Shown here: piece by piece, positions 9,518-17,358 of the stretch
How positions within the stretch are numbered: position 1 is the stretch's first letter
How the letters are laid out: each line of letters starts with the position of its first letter
From: an uncultured Candidatus Saccharibacteria bacterium
Lineage (GTDB): Bacteria > Patescibacteriota > Saccharimonadia > Saccharimonadales > JACDBH01
Reading direction: 5' to 3'
Length of the DNA stretch: 64,000 bases
Assembly (NCBI GenBank): GCA_964642275.1
Contig: CAZXOA010000005.1
Span: 2,410 to 66,409 of the forward strand
Notes under the pieces: model-generated
Database searches by the model: none
What the model was told of the DNA's origin: nothing
Seen by the model: only the letters and a program-made list of their open reading frames with translations
Translations under genes and position numbers: made by a program

Positions 9518-10625
9518 ATGCGTAAGATCGCACTGCTCATCGGCCTTGTTGTCGCCTTGACGCTCACCGCTTGCGGCGGTGAGCGGAGGGGTGACTCGCG
9601 AGGTCATCAGTGGGCCTGGCGTCACAGCCGCGCCCAGCATGGGTGGCAATCCTGCCCCCGTGCCCAGTCCGGCGGATCCGGCGCCCACTCAGGTGGAGTA
9701 CGTCGGCTACGCCCCGAACATCAATGGTATTGCCTACGGTCCGGATGTTCGGCCGCAGATCGCCAACTTTGATGCGCTGAGCGCAGAAGAGCGGGCAGCT
9801 GCGGTCGCCGCGTTCCAGCGTGACGAAGGGGTTCGCTACTCCGCGAATCTCCTCGCCTATGCGATGGCGCGTGGCATTCGGCCCTGGGCGTCTGGACAGG
9901 AGTGGCTTGGTCAGCTGAACGCGTTGCACAACGACGCGCATCAGCGGGTGGCCCTCCAGGGACAGGTTGCCAACTGGGAGGCCCACTGCGTGACGAGCGT
10001 CGAGGTGAAGTATGTCGACAAGGCGTACAACTCCACGTGGTTCGAGCGCAGCTCGGGCGTACCAATGTTGGTACAGGGTCCGGGGCACGCCGACGTCGCC
10101 GGATGGGTGATCGAACGGGCTGTGTTGCAGGTGCCTGAGTGCATCGGCTTCTGGTCCGAGCTCGGTGGCATCGAGGTGCTCCAGGAGCGGCTGGTGTGCG
10201 ATTTCCAAATCGTGCTCCCGAGGCCGATCCCGGGCATTCCCGAGATCCCACCACCGGGCCCGACGCCGACCACGGTCCCGCCGACGGCGCCTCCAACGAC
10301 CCCACCGACAACCGTGCCGCCGACCACGGTCCCCCCGACGGTTCCGCCCACGACGAAGCCGCCGTACACCACGACGGAGCCGTCGCAGGTCACGATCGCT
10401 CCGCCGATGACGGCCCCGCCGATGACGACTCCGCCCACGGCCCCGCCGGACACGGCACCGCCAGGCCAGCCGGTGAATCAGATCGACCAACCGTCGACAA
10501 CGATCACCACCGGCAACGGCAACACAGGGGTTACCCAACCCTCAGTGCCGGGGCCTGCTGGCAACCCGACCAACGGCAATGATGGGATCGCCCCCACGGG
10601 TGAACCTGCTCCGCCGAGTCGGTGA
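9518..10625 (+). pseudogene. High-GC lipoprotein with a Pro/Thr-rich tail, split by a +1 frame change just after the lipobox
   Basis: An AGGAGG RBS is followed by ATG 9518, encoding MRKIALLIGLVVALTLTAC-GG (signal peptide plus lipobox). That frame then degenerates into an Arg/Trp-rich sequence ending at 9772. The plausible mature protein (SGGVTREVISGPGVTAAP...PPTTVPPTTVPPT...) is in the next frame from 9579 to 10625. Deleting a single G near 9581 would join the two parts. Confidence 0.55.
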
Positions 10626-11075
10626 GGTGCTCCTTGAGCAAAGTATGTCTCGTGAGGCTACCCTTGACTTGCCTATGCAAGTTTGAGCTCTCAAAGGGTA
10701 AATCGAGATTGGGTCGTAACAGATCCAGGGGTTTGAACCAGAAATGGTTTGATCTAGTCAGTAATGACACCCAAAGACGAGCGGTTGTGTGAGAACAGGG
10801 TTTTGAATGAGCGCGATGATACGCACTCTCCTGTTCATGTAGTCACATGTATATACGTCCGAGCCCATGGCTCCGTATGTATGCGGTACATTTGATGTCC
10901 GAGCTTAACTGCTCCATCCTCTGTACCACCCGCGCGGGCTGATTTTTGATTGATCTTTACGATCGACCAATTTTCAGCCCCGCAACACTATGACTTGTAA
11001 TGATCCGATTTGTTGCGAACCGTGTTCGTATCCGGCTCCTTAACAATCAGTGTAATGATAAACGTAACCATATTA

Positions 11076-11104
11076 TTGACAAATTAAAACCGTTGTGCTA
11101 TAAT
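11076..11104 (+). promoter_or_regulatory. Consensus sigma-70 promoter (TTGACA - 17 nt - TGcTATAAT)
   Basis: TTGACA at 11076-11081, a 17-nt spacer, then TATAAT at 11099-11104 with TGC immediately upstream. It lies about 120 nt upstream of the LPXTG gene start. Confidence 0.6.
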
Positions 11105-11224
11105 GAGAGTATAGAGTGATTTTCCAGAGGTGGAGTATCGCCACTATGGCTACATTAACAATGAGCGTAACGATTACTTTTGATTATTTTTAGTCTTAAA
11201 TTCACTTATTTTAAGGAGGTGGAT

Positions 11225-12805
11225 ATGAAGAATTTGCTTAAGCGGATTCCAAAGAAGGCTTTCGTCGCTGTTGCAACTATCGCTCTAGTAGCGGGTGTTG
11301 CTTCTCAGGCAATTGCCGGTTTTGGCCCAAACCGCGAAATCCGTGATTTCGCAAACAACCAAGGTGGTTTTAATCACGTCACCTTTAACTCATTCACCAA
11401 TGTACCAAATGGTATCGGTGATGAGCGTGATTTCTTCCGTGGTTCAAAGGTAGGCCCTAGCGCTGCCTGGACCGACCCAGTTACCGGCATCGCTGGTGGT
11501 ACTGAGGTGGAGATGAAGATTCTTGTGCACAACAACGCAAACCCTGCTCTTAATGACAGTGGCGAAGGTGTTGCCAAGAATGTAAATGTTCGTGCTGTGT
11601 TGCCAACTGGCATTGCACAGTCGCAACAGGCAACAGCCTATATTAGTGCAAGCAATGCACAGCCTCAGCAGATCTGGGATACCCTGGATATGACTGGTGC
11701 AGGTGGTGGTTTCTTCCAGATTGAATATATCCCTGGTTCAGCTAAGGTATACAACCATGAAAACGGCCAGACAAGCGCTATTAGCGATAGCCTGGTTACT
11801 ACCGGTGTAAATCTAGGTGACCAAAAGGGATGTGTGAATTATATCCGTGAAGTTACTTTCCGTGTTCGTGTTCGTATGACCGAGTACAAGACCCAGAAGA
11901 CTGCTCGTCTCAAGGGTGAAGATAGTACTAAGTGGCGCAAGACCGTCAACGCAAAAGTCGGTGATCAGGTCGAGTGGCGTATTTGGTTTGCTAACTCCGG
12001 TACGACTCGTTTGAACGAGGTAAGTCTTGTTGACAAGCTTCCTTCACACACAACCGTTGTTGGCAACATTGAAATGGACAAGGGTAGCAACCCTACTGCA
12101 GTCTACGGTGCAGACTCAATCAAAGAAGGTGGTAAGTCCATACATATCAATATGGGCGACTTCCTTCCTGGTGGTGGAGCATATGTCTACTACACAACCA
12201 AGATCAACTCAGCCAAAGAGCTAGAGTGTGGCATCAACCAGATCATTAACACAGCTTATCCAGCACCTAAGGGTATGGGTTCGCTCGTGGATCAGGCAGC
12301 TGTAAATGTCTTTGGTAAAGAAGACTGTAAAGAGCCAGAGAAGCCAAAGTACATTTGTGAATCTCTGAAAGTTGAGAAGCTTGGCGGCCGCAAGGTCCGC
12401 GCAACTGTGTCGGCTCCTGCCAGCGGTGGTGCAACCTTCAAGAATGTAACCCTGAACTGGGGTGACGGTTCACAGGCTAAGGTTACCGACCAGCTTGTTA
12501 ACGAGTACACCTATGCAGCTGATGGTACTTACAAGGTCACCGCTAGCGTTACCTTTACGGTAAACGGCGTTGACAAGACGGTTACCAGCGATGCATGTGC
12601 AAAGATGGTTACTTTCGAAAAAGTAGTTGAGAAGTGCCCAATCCCTGGCAAGGAACACTTGCCAAAGGACAGCCCTGAATGTAAGGAAACTCCGGTTACT
12701 CCAGAGCTTCCAAGCACTGGTGCTGGCAGCATGATCGGCTTGTTCGCAATCGTTACGCTTCTTGGCGCAGTCGCACACAATGTGCTGTCTCGCCGTGTAG
12801 CCTAA
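11225..12805 (+). CDS. LPXTG-anchored cell-surface protein with a PKD-like domain
   Basis: AAGGAGG RBS plus ATG at 11225. Signal peptide MKNLLKRIPKKAFVAVATIALVAGVASQAIA. PKD-like segment VTLNWGDGS...YTYAADGTYKVTASVTF. C-terminal sortase signal LPSTG followed by a hydrophobic helix and RRVA. Confidence 0.85.
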   Translation: MKNLLKRIPKKAFVAVATIALVAGVASQAIAGFGPNREIRDFANNQGGFNHVTFNSFTNVPNGIGDERDFFRGSKVGPSAAWTDPVTGIAGGTEVEMKILVHNNANPALNDSGEGVAKNVNVRAVLPTGIAQSQQATAYISASNAQPQQIWDTLDMTGAGGGFFQIEYIPGSAKVYNHENGQTSAISDSLVTTGVNLGDQKGCVNYIREVTFRVRVRMTEYKTQKTARLKGEDSTKWRKTVNAKVGDQVEWRIWFANSGTTRLNEVSLVDKLPSHTTVVGNIEMDKGSNPTAVYGADSIKEGGKSIHINMGDFLPGGGAYVYYTTKINSAKELECGINQIINTAYPAPKGMGSLVDQAAVNVFGKEDCKEPEKPKYICESLKVEKLGGRKVRATVSAPASGGATFKNVTLNWGDGSQAKVTDQLVNEYTYAADGTYKVTASVTFTVNGVDKTVTSDACAKMVTFEKVVEKCPIPGKEHLPKDSPECKETPVTPELPSTGAGSMIGLFAIVTLLGAVAHNVLSRRVA

Positions 12806-12873
12806 GGCTTTCGCACCGCACCCCAGGCCTGCTCTCTGGCATAGCCAGAAACCTGACTGGGGTGCTTGCGTTG

Positions 12874-12959
12874 CCCGGCACAATTTTTCCCACGCAAATG
12901 CTCCCGCACCGTATTGCATATACGGCTTGGTCCGCTTTGCGAGGAAGAAATTGCACCGG
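12874..12959. repeat. Palindromic intergenic repeat, family 1, copy A
   Basis: Imperfect long hairpin centred on CGTATTGCATATACG (12910-12924). By eye about three quarters identical to copy B at 29656-29742. Confidence 0.6.
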
Positions 12960-13232
12960 ACATTCGCATGCGTAAACCCTTAGGACTAGCGGAACGTGAC
13001 TGACCGCTCAGAGTCTTGCAAGAAATCCTCCGTTGTTATGACGGGGGATTTCTTTATGCTCAAAGAGGATTTGCAAGGGCGGTTCTTGCAATAAGCAATG
13101 CTGTGGTGTGTTTCTGACCAGAGGGTGTGGATAAGCACTGGCATTTTAACAGTAATTGTGCTACGGTAAAAGAGTTCCTGAGTAATCGTGACTGACCGCT
13201 CGAAACAAAAACAATTTTAATAAAGACCGCCC

Positions 13233-13256
13233 CACCTCTGGACGAGAGGTGTTTTG
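13233..13256 (+). terminator. Rho-independent terminator-like hairpin
   Basis: CACCTCT-GGACG-AGAGGTG (7-bp stem) followed by TTTTGTGTG. It lies 430 nt downstream of the nearest plus-strand CDS. Confidence 0.5.
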
Positions 13257-13302
13257 TGTGGTAGAATTTGTGTTGTCCGAGCATAAGTAGTGCTTGTTTG
13301 TT

Positions 13303-13377
13303 GGCCCCATCTTCTAACGGTTAGGAAATCGGGTTTTCATCCCGGCAATCGGAGTTCGATTCTCCGTGGGGTCACCA
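13303..13377 (+). tRNA. tRNA-Glu (anticodon UUC), CCA encoded
   Basis: Manual cloverleaf: acceptor GGCCCCA/TGGGGTC, D arm TTCT..AGGA, anticodon stem TCGGG/CCCGG with loop TTTTCAT (UUC), T arm CGGAG-TTCGATT-CTCCG, then ACCA. Confidence 0.9.
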
Positions 13378-13453
13378 AGTGGGCACTATCTTGCCGTCTG
13401 GACTATAAACACGTTTCAAAACAAAGCATAAGCGTTTAAAATAAAGGGAAATT

Positions 13454-14896
13454 ATGAATACAACACGCAAAGTGCCGGTTGTGCCACTGGAGCGATACAA
13501 GCGGACAAAGATCATTGCCACAGTTGGTCCGGCAACCGACAGCTACGAAGCTGTTCTCGAGCTTATCAAGGCTGGAGCTAACGGTATCCGCCTCAATTTC
13601 AGCCACGGTGATCACGAGGAACACGGCCGTCGTATCAAGTGGGTGCGCAAAGCATCACGCGAATACGGTAAGCCGGTTGCAATTATCCAGGATCTGCAGG
13701 GTCCAAAGATTCGCCTGGGTGATTTCGAGGGCATTATCAACGTCCAAGAAGGTCAGGAAATCCGCCTGGGCTACAAAGCCAATTATGAAAAAACAGGCAT
13801 TATTCCTATTCAGTATGACCTGAGCAAAAAGGTCAAGCGCGGCGAGCGTATGTATATCTATGACGGCAAAGTTCGTACGACGGTGACATCGGTACGTGGC
13901 GACATCTTGCATGCGCGCGTTGAGAACGATGGCATCCTCATCAAGCGCAAAGGGCTTAATCTGCCTGATACTGATTTTGGCGGCGATATCATTACTAAAA
14001 AGGATAAAGAGGATCTTGCTTTTGGCTCAACCCAAGATATCGACTATGTTGCGCAGAGTTTTGTGCAGACGGCAGACGATATCCGCAACATGCGCAAACT
14101 CATAAAGAATCTTGGTATGAACGCCAAGATTATTGTCAAGTTTGAGACGCGCTCCGCCGTGCAGAACCTTGAGGATATTGTGCGCGAGGCCGACGCGATT
14201 ATGATTGCCCGCGGCGACCTGGCCGTTGAGACGCCGCCGGAGAGCGTGCCTATTATCCAGCGGCAGCTGATTGGTCTGGGCGTCAAGTATGCCAAACCGA
14301 CTATTGTGGCAACCCAGATGCTGTTTAGTATGACCGAGATGCCCGAACCAACCCGTGCAGAAGTGTCTGACGTGGCAACCGCAGTACTGGTGGGTGCCGA
14401 CTGCGTGATGCTCAGCGACGAAACTGCCAGTGGACGCTATCCAGTCAAATCTGTCGAAGTCATGAAGCGGGTTGTATTGTATACCGAGCAGAATGCACCC
14501 GTGAAGCCTGTGTTTATTGACGAGAGTGCGGCACGTGTCCAAAATCGCCAAGAGGCGATATCGACAGCAGTCGTGCGGCTTGCCAAGAATGTGCGTGCCC
14601 ACGCTATTGTTGCCGAGACAAAGTCTGGTGCAACAGCCATGCAGATTGCAGCGCTGCGTTCAGAGATACCTCTGATTGCCGTAACGTCTGACAGTCGTGT
14701 GGCAAATCAGCTGGCAATTGTCTTCGGGGCAAAAAGCTACGTTCGCCCGGATGACAAGCATGCCGCGACCAAGCTTACTAACTGGCTGCGTTCGAACAAT
14801 GTTCTGGCTGCCGGTGATATTATTGTGAGTTGCTCCGGCCAGTATCCAGGAGTTGTAGGAACGACCGACACAATTAAGGTTAGAGTTCTCGAATAA
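13454..14896 (+). CDS. pyk: Pyruvate kinase
   Basis: 480 aa. RTKIIATVGPAT...GANGIRLNFSHGDHEEH...IQDLQGPKIRLG...MIARGDLAVE are classic pyruvate kinase motifs. Confidence 0.95.
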   Translation: MNTTRKVPVVPLERYKRTKIIATVGPATDSYEAVLELIKAGANGIRLNFSHGDHEEHGRRIKWVRKASREYGKPVAIIQDLQGPKIRLGDFEGIINVQEGQEIRLGYKANYEKTGIIPIQYDLSKKVKRGERMYIYDGKVRTTVTSVRGDILHARVENDGILIKRKGLNLPDTDFGGDIITKKDKEDLAFGSTQDIDYVAQSFVQTADDIRNMRKLIKNLGMNAKIIVKFETRSAVQNLEDIVREADAIMIARGDLAVETPPESVPIIQRQLIGLGVKYAKPTIVATQMLFSMTEMPEPTRAEVSDVATAVLVGADCVMLSDETASGRYPVKSVEVMKRVVLYTEQNAPVKPVFIDESAARVQNRQEAISTAVVRLAKNVRAHAIVAETKSGATAMQIAALRSEIPLIAVTSDSRVANQLAIVFGAKSYVRPDDKHAATKLTNWLRSNNVLAAGDIIVSCSGQYPGVVGTTDTIKVRVLE

Positions 14897-14904
14897 GGGA
14901 TGAG

Positions 14905-14995
14905 TCTGTAGCGTGTGACCTGTCACCTAACATTAACCTGCGATGAATGGCTACATGGTAATTGTTACAGCTGCGTCACATGTGACAGGCTAATT
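14905..14995. repeat. Palindromic intergenic repeat, family 2, copy 1
   Basis: Contains CGTGTGACCTGTCAC, ATGGCTACATGGTAATTGTTACAG and GTCACATGTGACAGGCTAAT. These motifs recur at 22411-22556. Confidence 0.45.
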
Positions 14996-15046
14996 GCTAA
15001 TTAATCTCAAGATGCTTATACTAAAGTTCAAAGTGGGTGGGGCTAC

Positions 15047-16336
15047 ATGAGTTTCAATAAAAAAACTGTGCGCGATATAGACCTACGAGGCAAACGTGTC
15101 CTGATGCGGGTGGATTACAACGTTCCAATCGCAGACGGCAAAGTTGCCAGCGATTACCGGCTGAATATGAGTTTGCCAACCATCAAATACATCTTGGAGC
15201 AGGACTGCAGCCTGGTGCTGATGTCGCATCTTGGCCGCCCGGAAGGTAAGCCGGATAAGAAGTATTCTCTAAAGCCGGTTGCGGAGAGGCTGTCGAAGCT
15301 TCTTGATAGACCGGTGGCATTTGCCGATGACTGTATAGGTGCTAAGACGCTCGAGCAAGTAGATGGATTGAAGCCAGGCGAAATTATGCTGCTCGAAAAC
15401 GTGCGGTTCCATCCCGAAGAAGAGGCGAATGACGAGGCTTTTGCCAAGCAACTCGCAGCGTATGGCGATGTATTCGTGCAGGATGCCTTTGGCGTGGCGC
15501 ATCACGGGGCAGTGTCGGTGTCGGAGATACCAAAGTTTCTGCCCAGCGTCGCCGGACTGCTGCTGGAGCGCGAGGTCGACACTATTACCCGCGTCATGGA
15601 AAACCCGGAACGGCCCCTGATGGCAATTGTCGGCGGCGCCAAGATATCCGACAAAATCAAGGTGCTTAACAGACTCATAGAGATTGCCGACGTGATTGCG
15701 ATTGGCGGGGCTATGGCCAATACCTTTCTGCTGGCCGAAGGCATACAGACCGGCAAGAGCCTAACAGAGCCCGATGACGTGCCAACCGCGCGCGAGATAC
15801 TGGCGAAGGCACGCGAAAAGTCCAAAAAGCAGCATTTTATTTTCTACTTACCGCAAGACGGCGTGGTGGCAACCGAACTTGAGGATCCAAAGAGCACGCG
15901 TATCGTTGATTGGGATGCGCACGTCATTGCTGATATCGAGGCATTTCCGAAACGTCCGGCACATGAAGCAAGCCGGGTTAAGGCAGATGAGCGGATCTTG
16001 GATATTGGTCCGTTTTCTGGATCTTTTATTGCAGGCAGTTCACAGCTTGCCAAGACGGTTATCTGGAACGGTACCATGGGTGTGACCGAGACAAGAGGCC
16101 GGAATAATGATCCGGTTGGCCCGTTTGCACACGGTACGGATCTGGTTGTTGAGGCGCTGCTTGGCCATCATGGACACAAGCCATTCACGGTGGTTGGCGG
16201 CGGCGACACGGTATCATTTGTTGAGAGCCGTGGGCTGACAAAAGCTTTTGGACATGTGTCTACCGGCGGCGGGGCAAGCCTGGAGCTTATGGAGGGCAAG
16301 AAACTCCCCGGAGTCGAAGCGCTCTTAGATAGATAG
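15047..16336 (+). CDS. pgk: Phosphoglycerate kinase
   Basis: 429 aa. LRGKRVLMRVDYNVPI...MSHLGRP...VGGGDT...STGGGASLE. Confidence 0.95.
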   Translation: MSFNKKTVRDIDLRGKRVLMRVDYNVPIADGKVASDYRLNMSLPTIKYILEQDCSLVLMSHLGRPEGKPDKKYSLKPVAERLSKLLDRPVAFADDCIGAKTLEQVDGLKPGEIMLLENVRFHPEEEANDEAFAKQLAAYGDVFVQDAFGVAHHGAVSVSEIPKFLPSVAGLLLEREVDTITRVMENPERPLMAIVGGAKISDKIKVLNRLIEIADVIAIGGAMANTFLLAEGIQTGKSLTEPDDVPTAREILAKAREKSKKQHFIFYLPQDGVVATELEDPKSTRIVDWDAHVIADIEAFPKRPAHEASRVKADERILDIGPFSGSFIAGSSQLAKTVIWNGTMGVTETRGRNNDPVGPFAHGTDLVVEALLGHHGHKPFTVVGGGDTVSFVESRGLTKAFGHVSTGGGASLELMEGKKLPGVEALLDR

Positions 16337-16461
16337 CACACTCATTTTGAGAGTGGTCATCCGGCTGATTTGTAGGACATTCTTCCATCGTATCCCCCTA
16401 TACGCTTCCAGAATGGAGGCCTCCAAATCAGCTCAAATGACCCTTGGCTCAAAATGTGTGC
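16336..16461. repeat. Palindromic intergenic repeat, family 1, copy C
   Basis: A ~125-nt imperfect palindrome (GCACACTCATTTTGAGAGTGGTCAT ... ATGACCCTTGGCTCAAAATGTGTGC) with core CGTATCCCCCTATACG (16389-16404). It shares TTTTGAGAGTGGT (16345-16357) with copy D. Confidence 0.6.
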
Positions 16462-16560
16462 TTAACGGTGGCCTGATGAAGGCACTGAGCCACTCAGGAT
16501 TGAATGAAATTGTAAAATTGTAAATTGAAAATTCCCCTGATACACTTAAGCATAAGAAGT

Positions 16561-17358
16561 ATGAACATAGATAAACGCACTCTCATCATAGGTAACTGGA
16601 AAATGCATCTTAATACCATGCAGGCTAGCGTTCTTCTGCATCGGTTGCAGGAGCGCATTCGTATATATCGTGATGTAGAAGTGGTACTGGCGCCAAACAC
16701 ACTCGTTCTGCAGCCGCTCAGTCTGCAAATCGACAGGCGTAAATTCAGGCTGGCTATCCAGAACGCTCACCAGAAGCAGCAAGGTGCCTATATGGGCGAC
16801 GTGAGTATGACTATGGTAAGGGACCTTGTGCACTATGCAATAGTCGGCCACTCTGAGAGAAGAGTTTATTTTGGCGAGACCAACAAGGATACGGGAGAAA
16901 AGGTGGCGGCAGCCTTTCAGAACGGTATCGTCCCTGTTTTATGTATAGGAGAAAACAAAACAGAGCGTCTTGAGCGGCAGTCTAAGAGGGTTGTGTACAA
17001 TCAGTTAGTAGCTGGCCTCAAAAACGTGACTGCAGAAGAGGTTGCACAGATGGCCATTGCCTATGAGCCTGTATGGGCAATCAGCACCTTCGGGGGCGAA
17101 CTGGCAACACCAGAGCAGGCAAAAGAGATGATGGATTACGTGCGGTTTCAGGTGCGCGAGATGTTCGGCCGCAAGGCGGCTGAGGCCGTCAGGGTTTTGT
17201 ACGGCGGCAGCGTGGATAATGAAAATGCACGGGGCTATCTTGGCATAGAGGGCTGCGATGGTGCAATTATAGGCAATGCCAGCATGAATTATTTTAAGTT
17301 TTCCGAGATAGTCACAGCCGCCTATCAGATCCGTCAAGAAATCGGTGAGGGTGCATAA
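16561..17358 (+). CDS. tpiA: Triosephosphate isomerase
   Basis: IIGNWKMH, HSERR, AYEPVWAIS and YGGSV motifs. The ATG at 16561 is preferred over the TTG at 16525 given in the ORF track. Confidence 0.9.
   Translation: MNIDKRTLIIGNWKMHLNTMQASVLLHRLQERIRIYRDVEVVLAPNTLVLQPLSLQIDRRKFRLAIQNAHQKQQGAYMGDVSMTMVRDLVHYAIVGHSERRVYFGETNKDTGEKVAAAFQNGIVPVLCIGENKTERLERQSKRVVYNQLVAGLKNVTAEEVAQMAIAYEPVWAISTFGGELATPEQAKEMMDYVRFQVREMFGRKAAEAVRVLYGGSVDNENARGYLGIEGCDGAIIGNASMNYFKFSEIVTAAYQIRQEIGEGA

Noticed and set aside
9564-10538. A 324-aa minus-strand ORF, plus several other 80-196-aa ORFs in all frames across 8673-10582
   Set aside because: They are Arg/Pro/Gly-rich low-complexity products with no RBS. Long open frames on every strand are the expected artefact of ~70% GC DNA. 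The plus-strand membrane protein and lipoprotein have RBSs and sensible sequence features.
8090-11075. Group II intron hypothesis for the structured flanks around the high-GC block
   Set aside because: There is no reverse transcriptase/maturase ORF. I could not find a domain V-like GAGCCGTAT...ACGGTTC hairpin or a convincing GTGYG 5' end with a matching 3' end. The internal ORFs are ordinary envelope proteins.
13060-13232. SRP (4.5S) RNA candidate upstream of the orphan terminator
   Set aside because: CCAGAGGGTGTGGATAAGCACTGG resembles the helix 8 region only superficially. The conserved GGAA tetraloop and AGCAGCC are absent.
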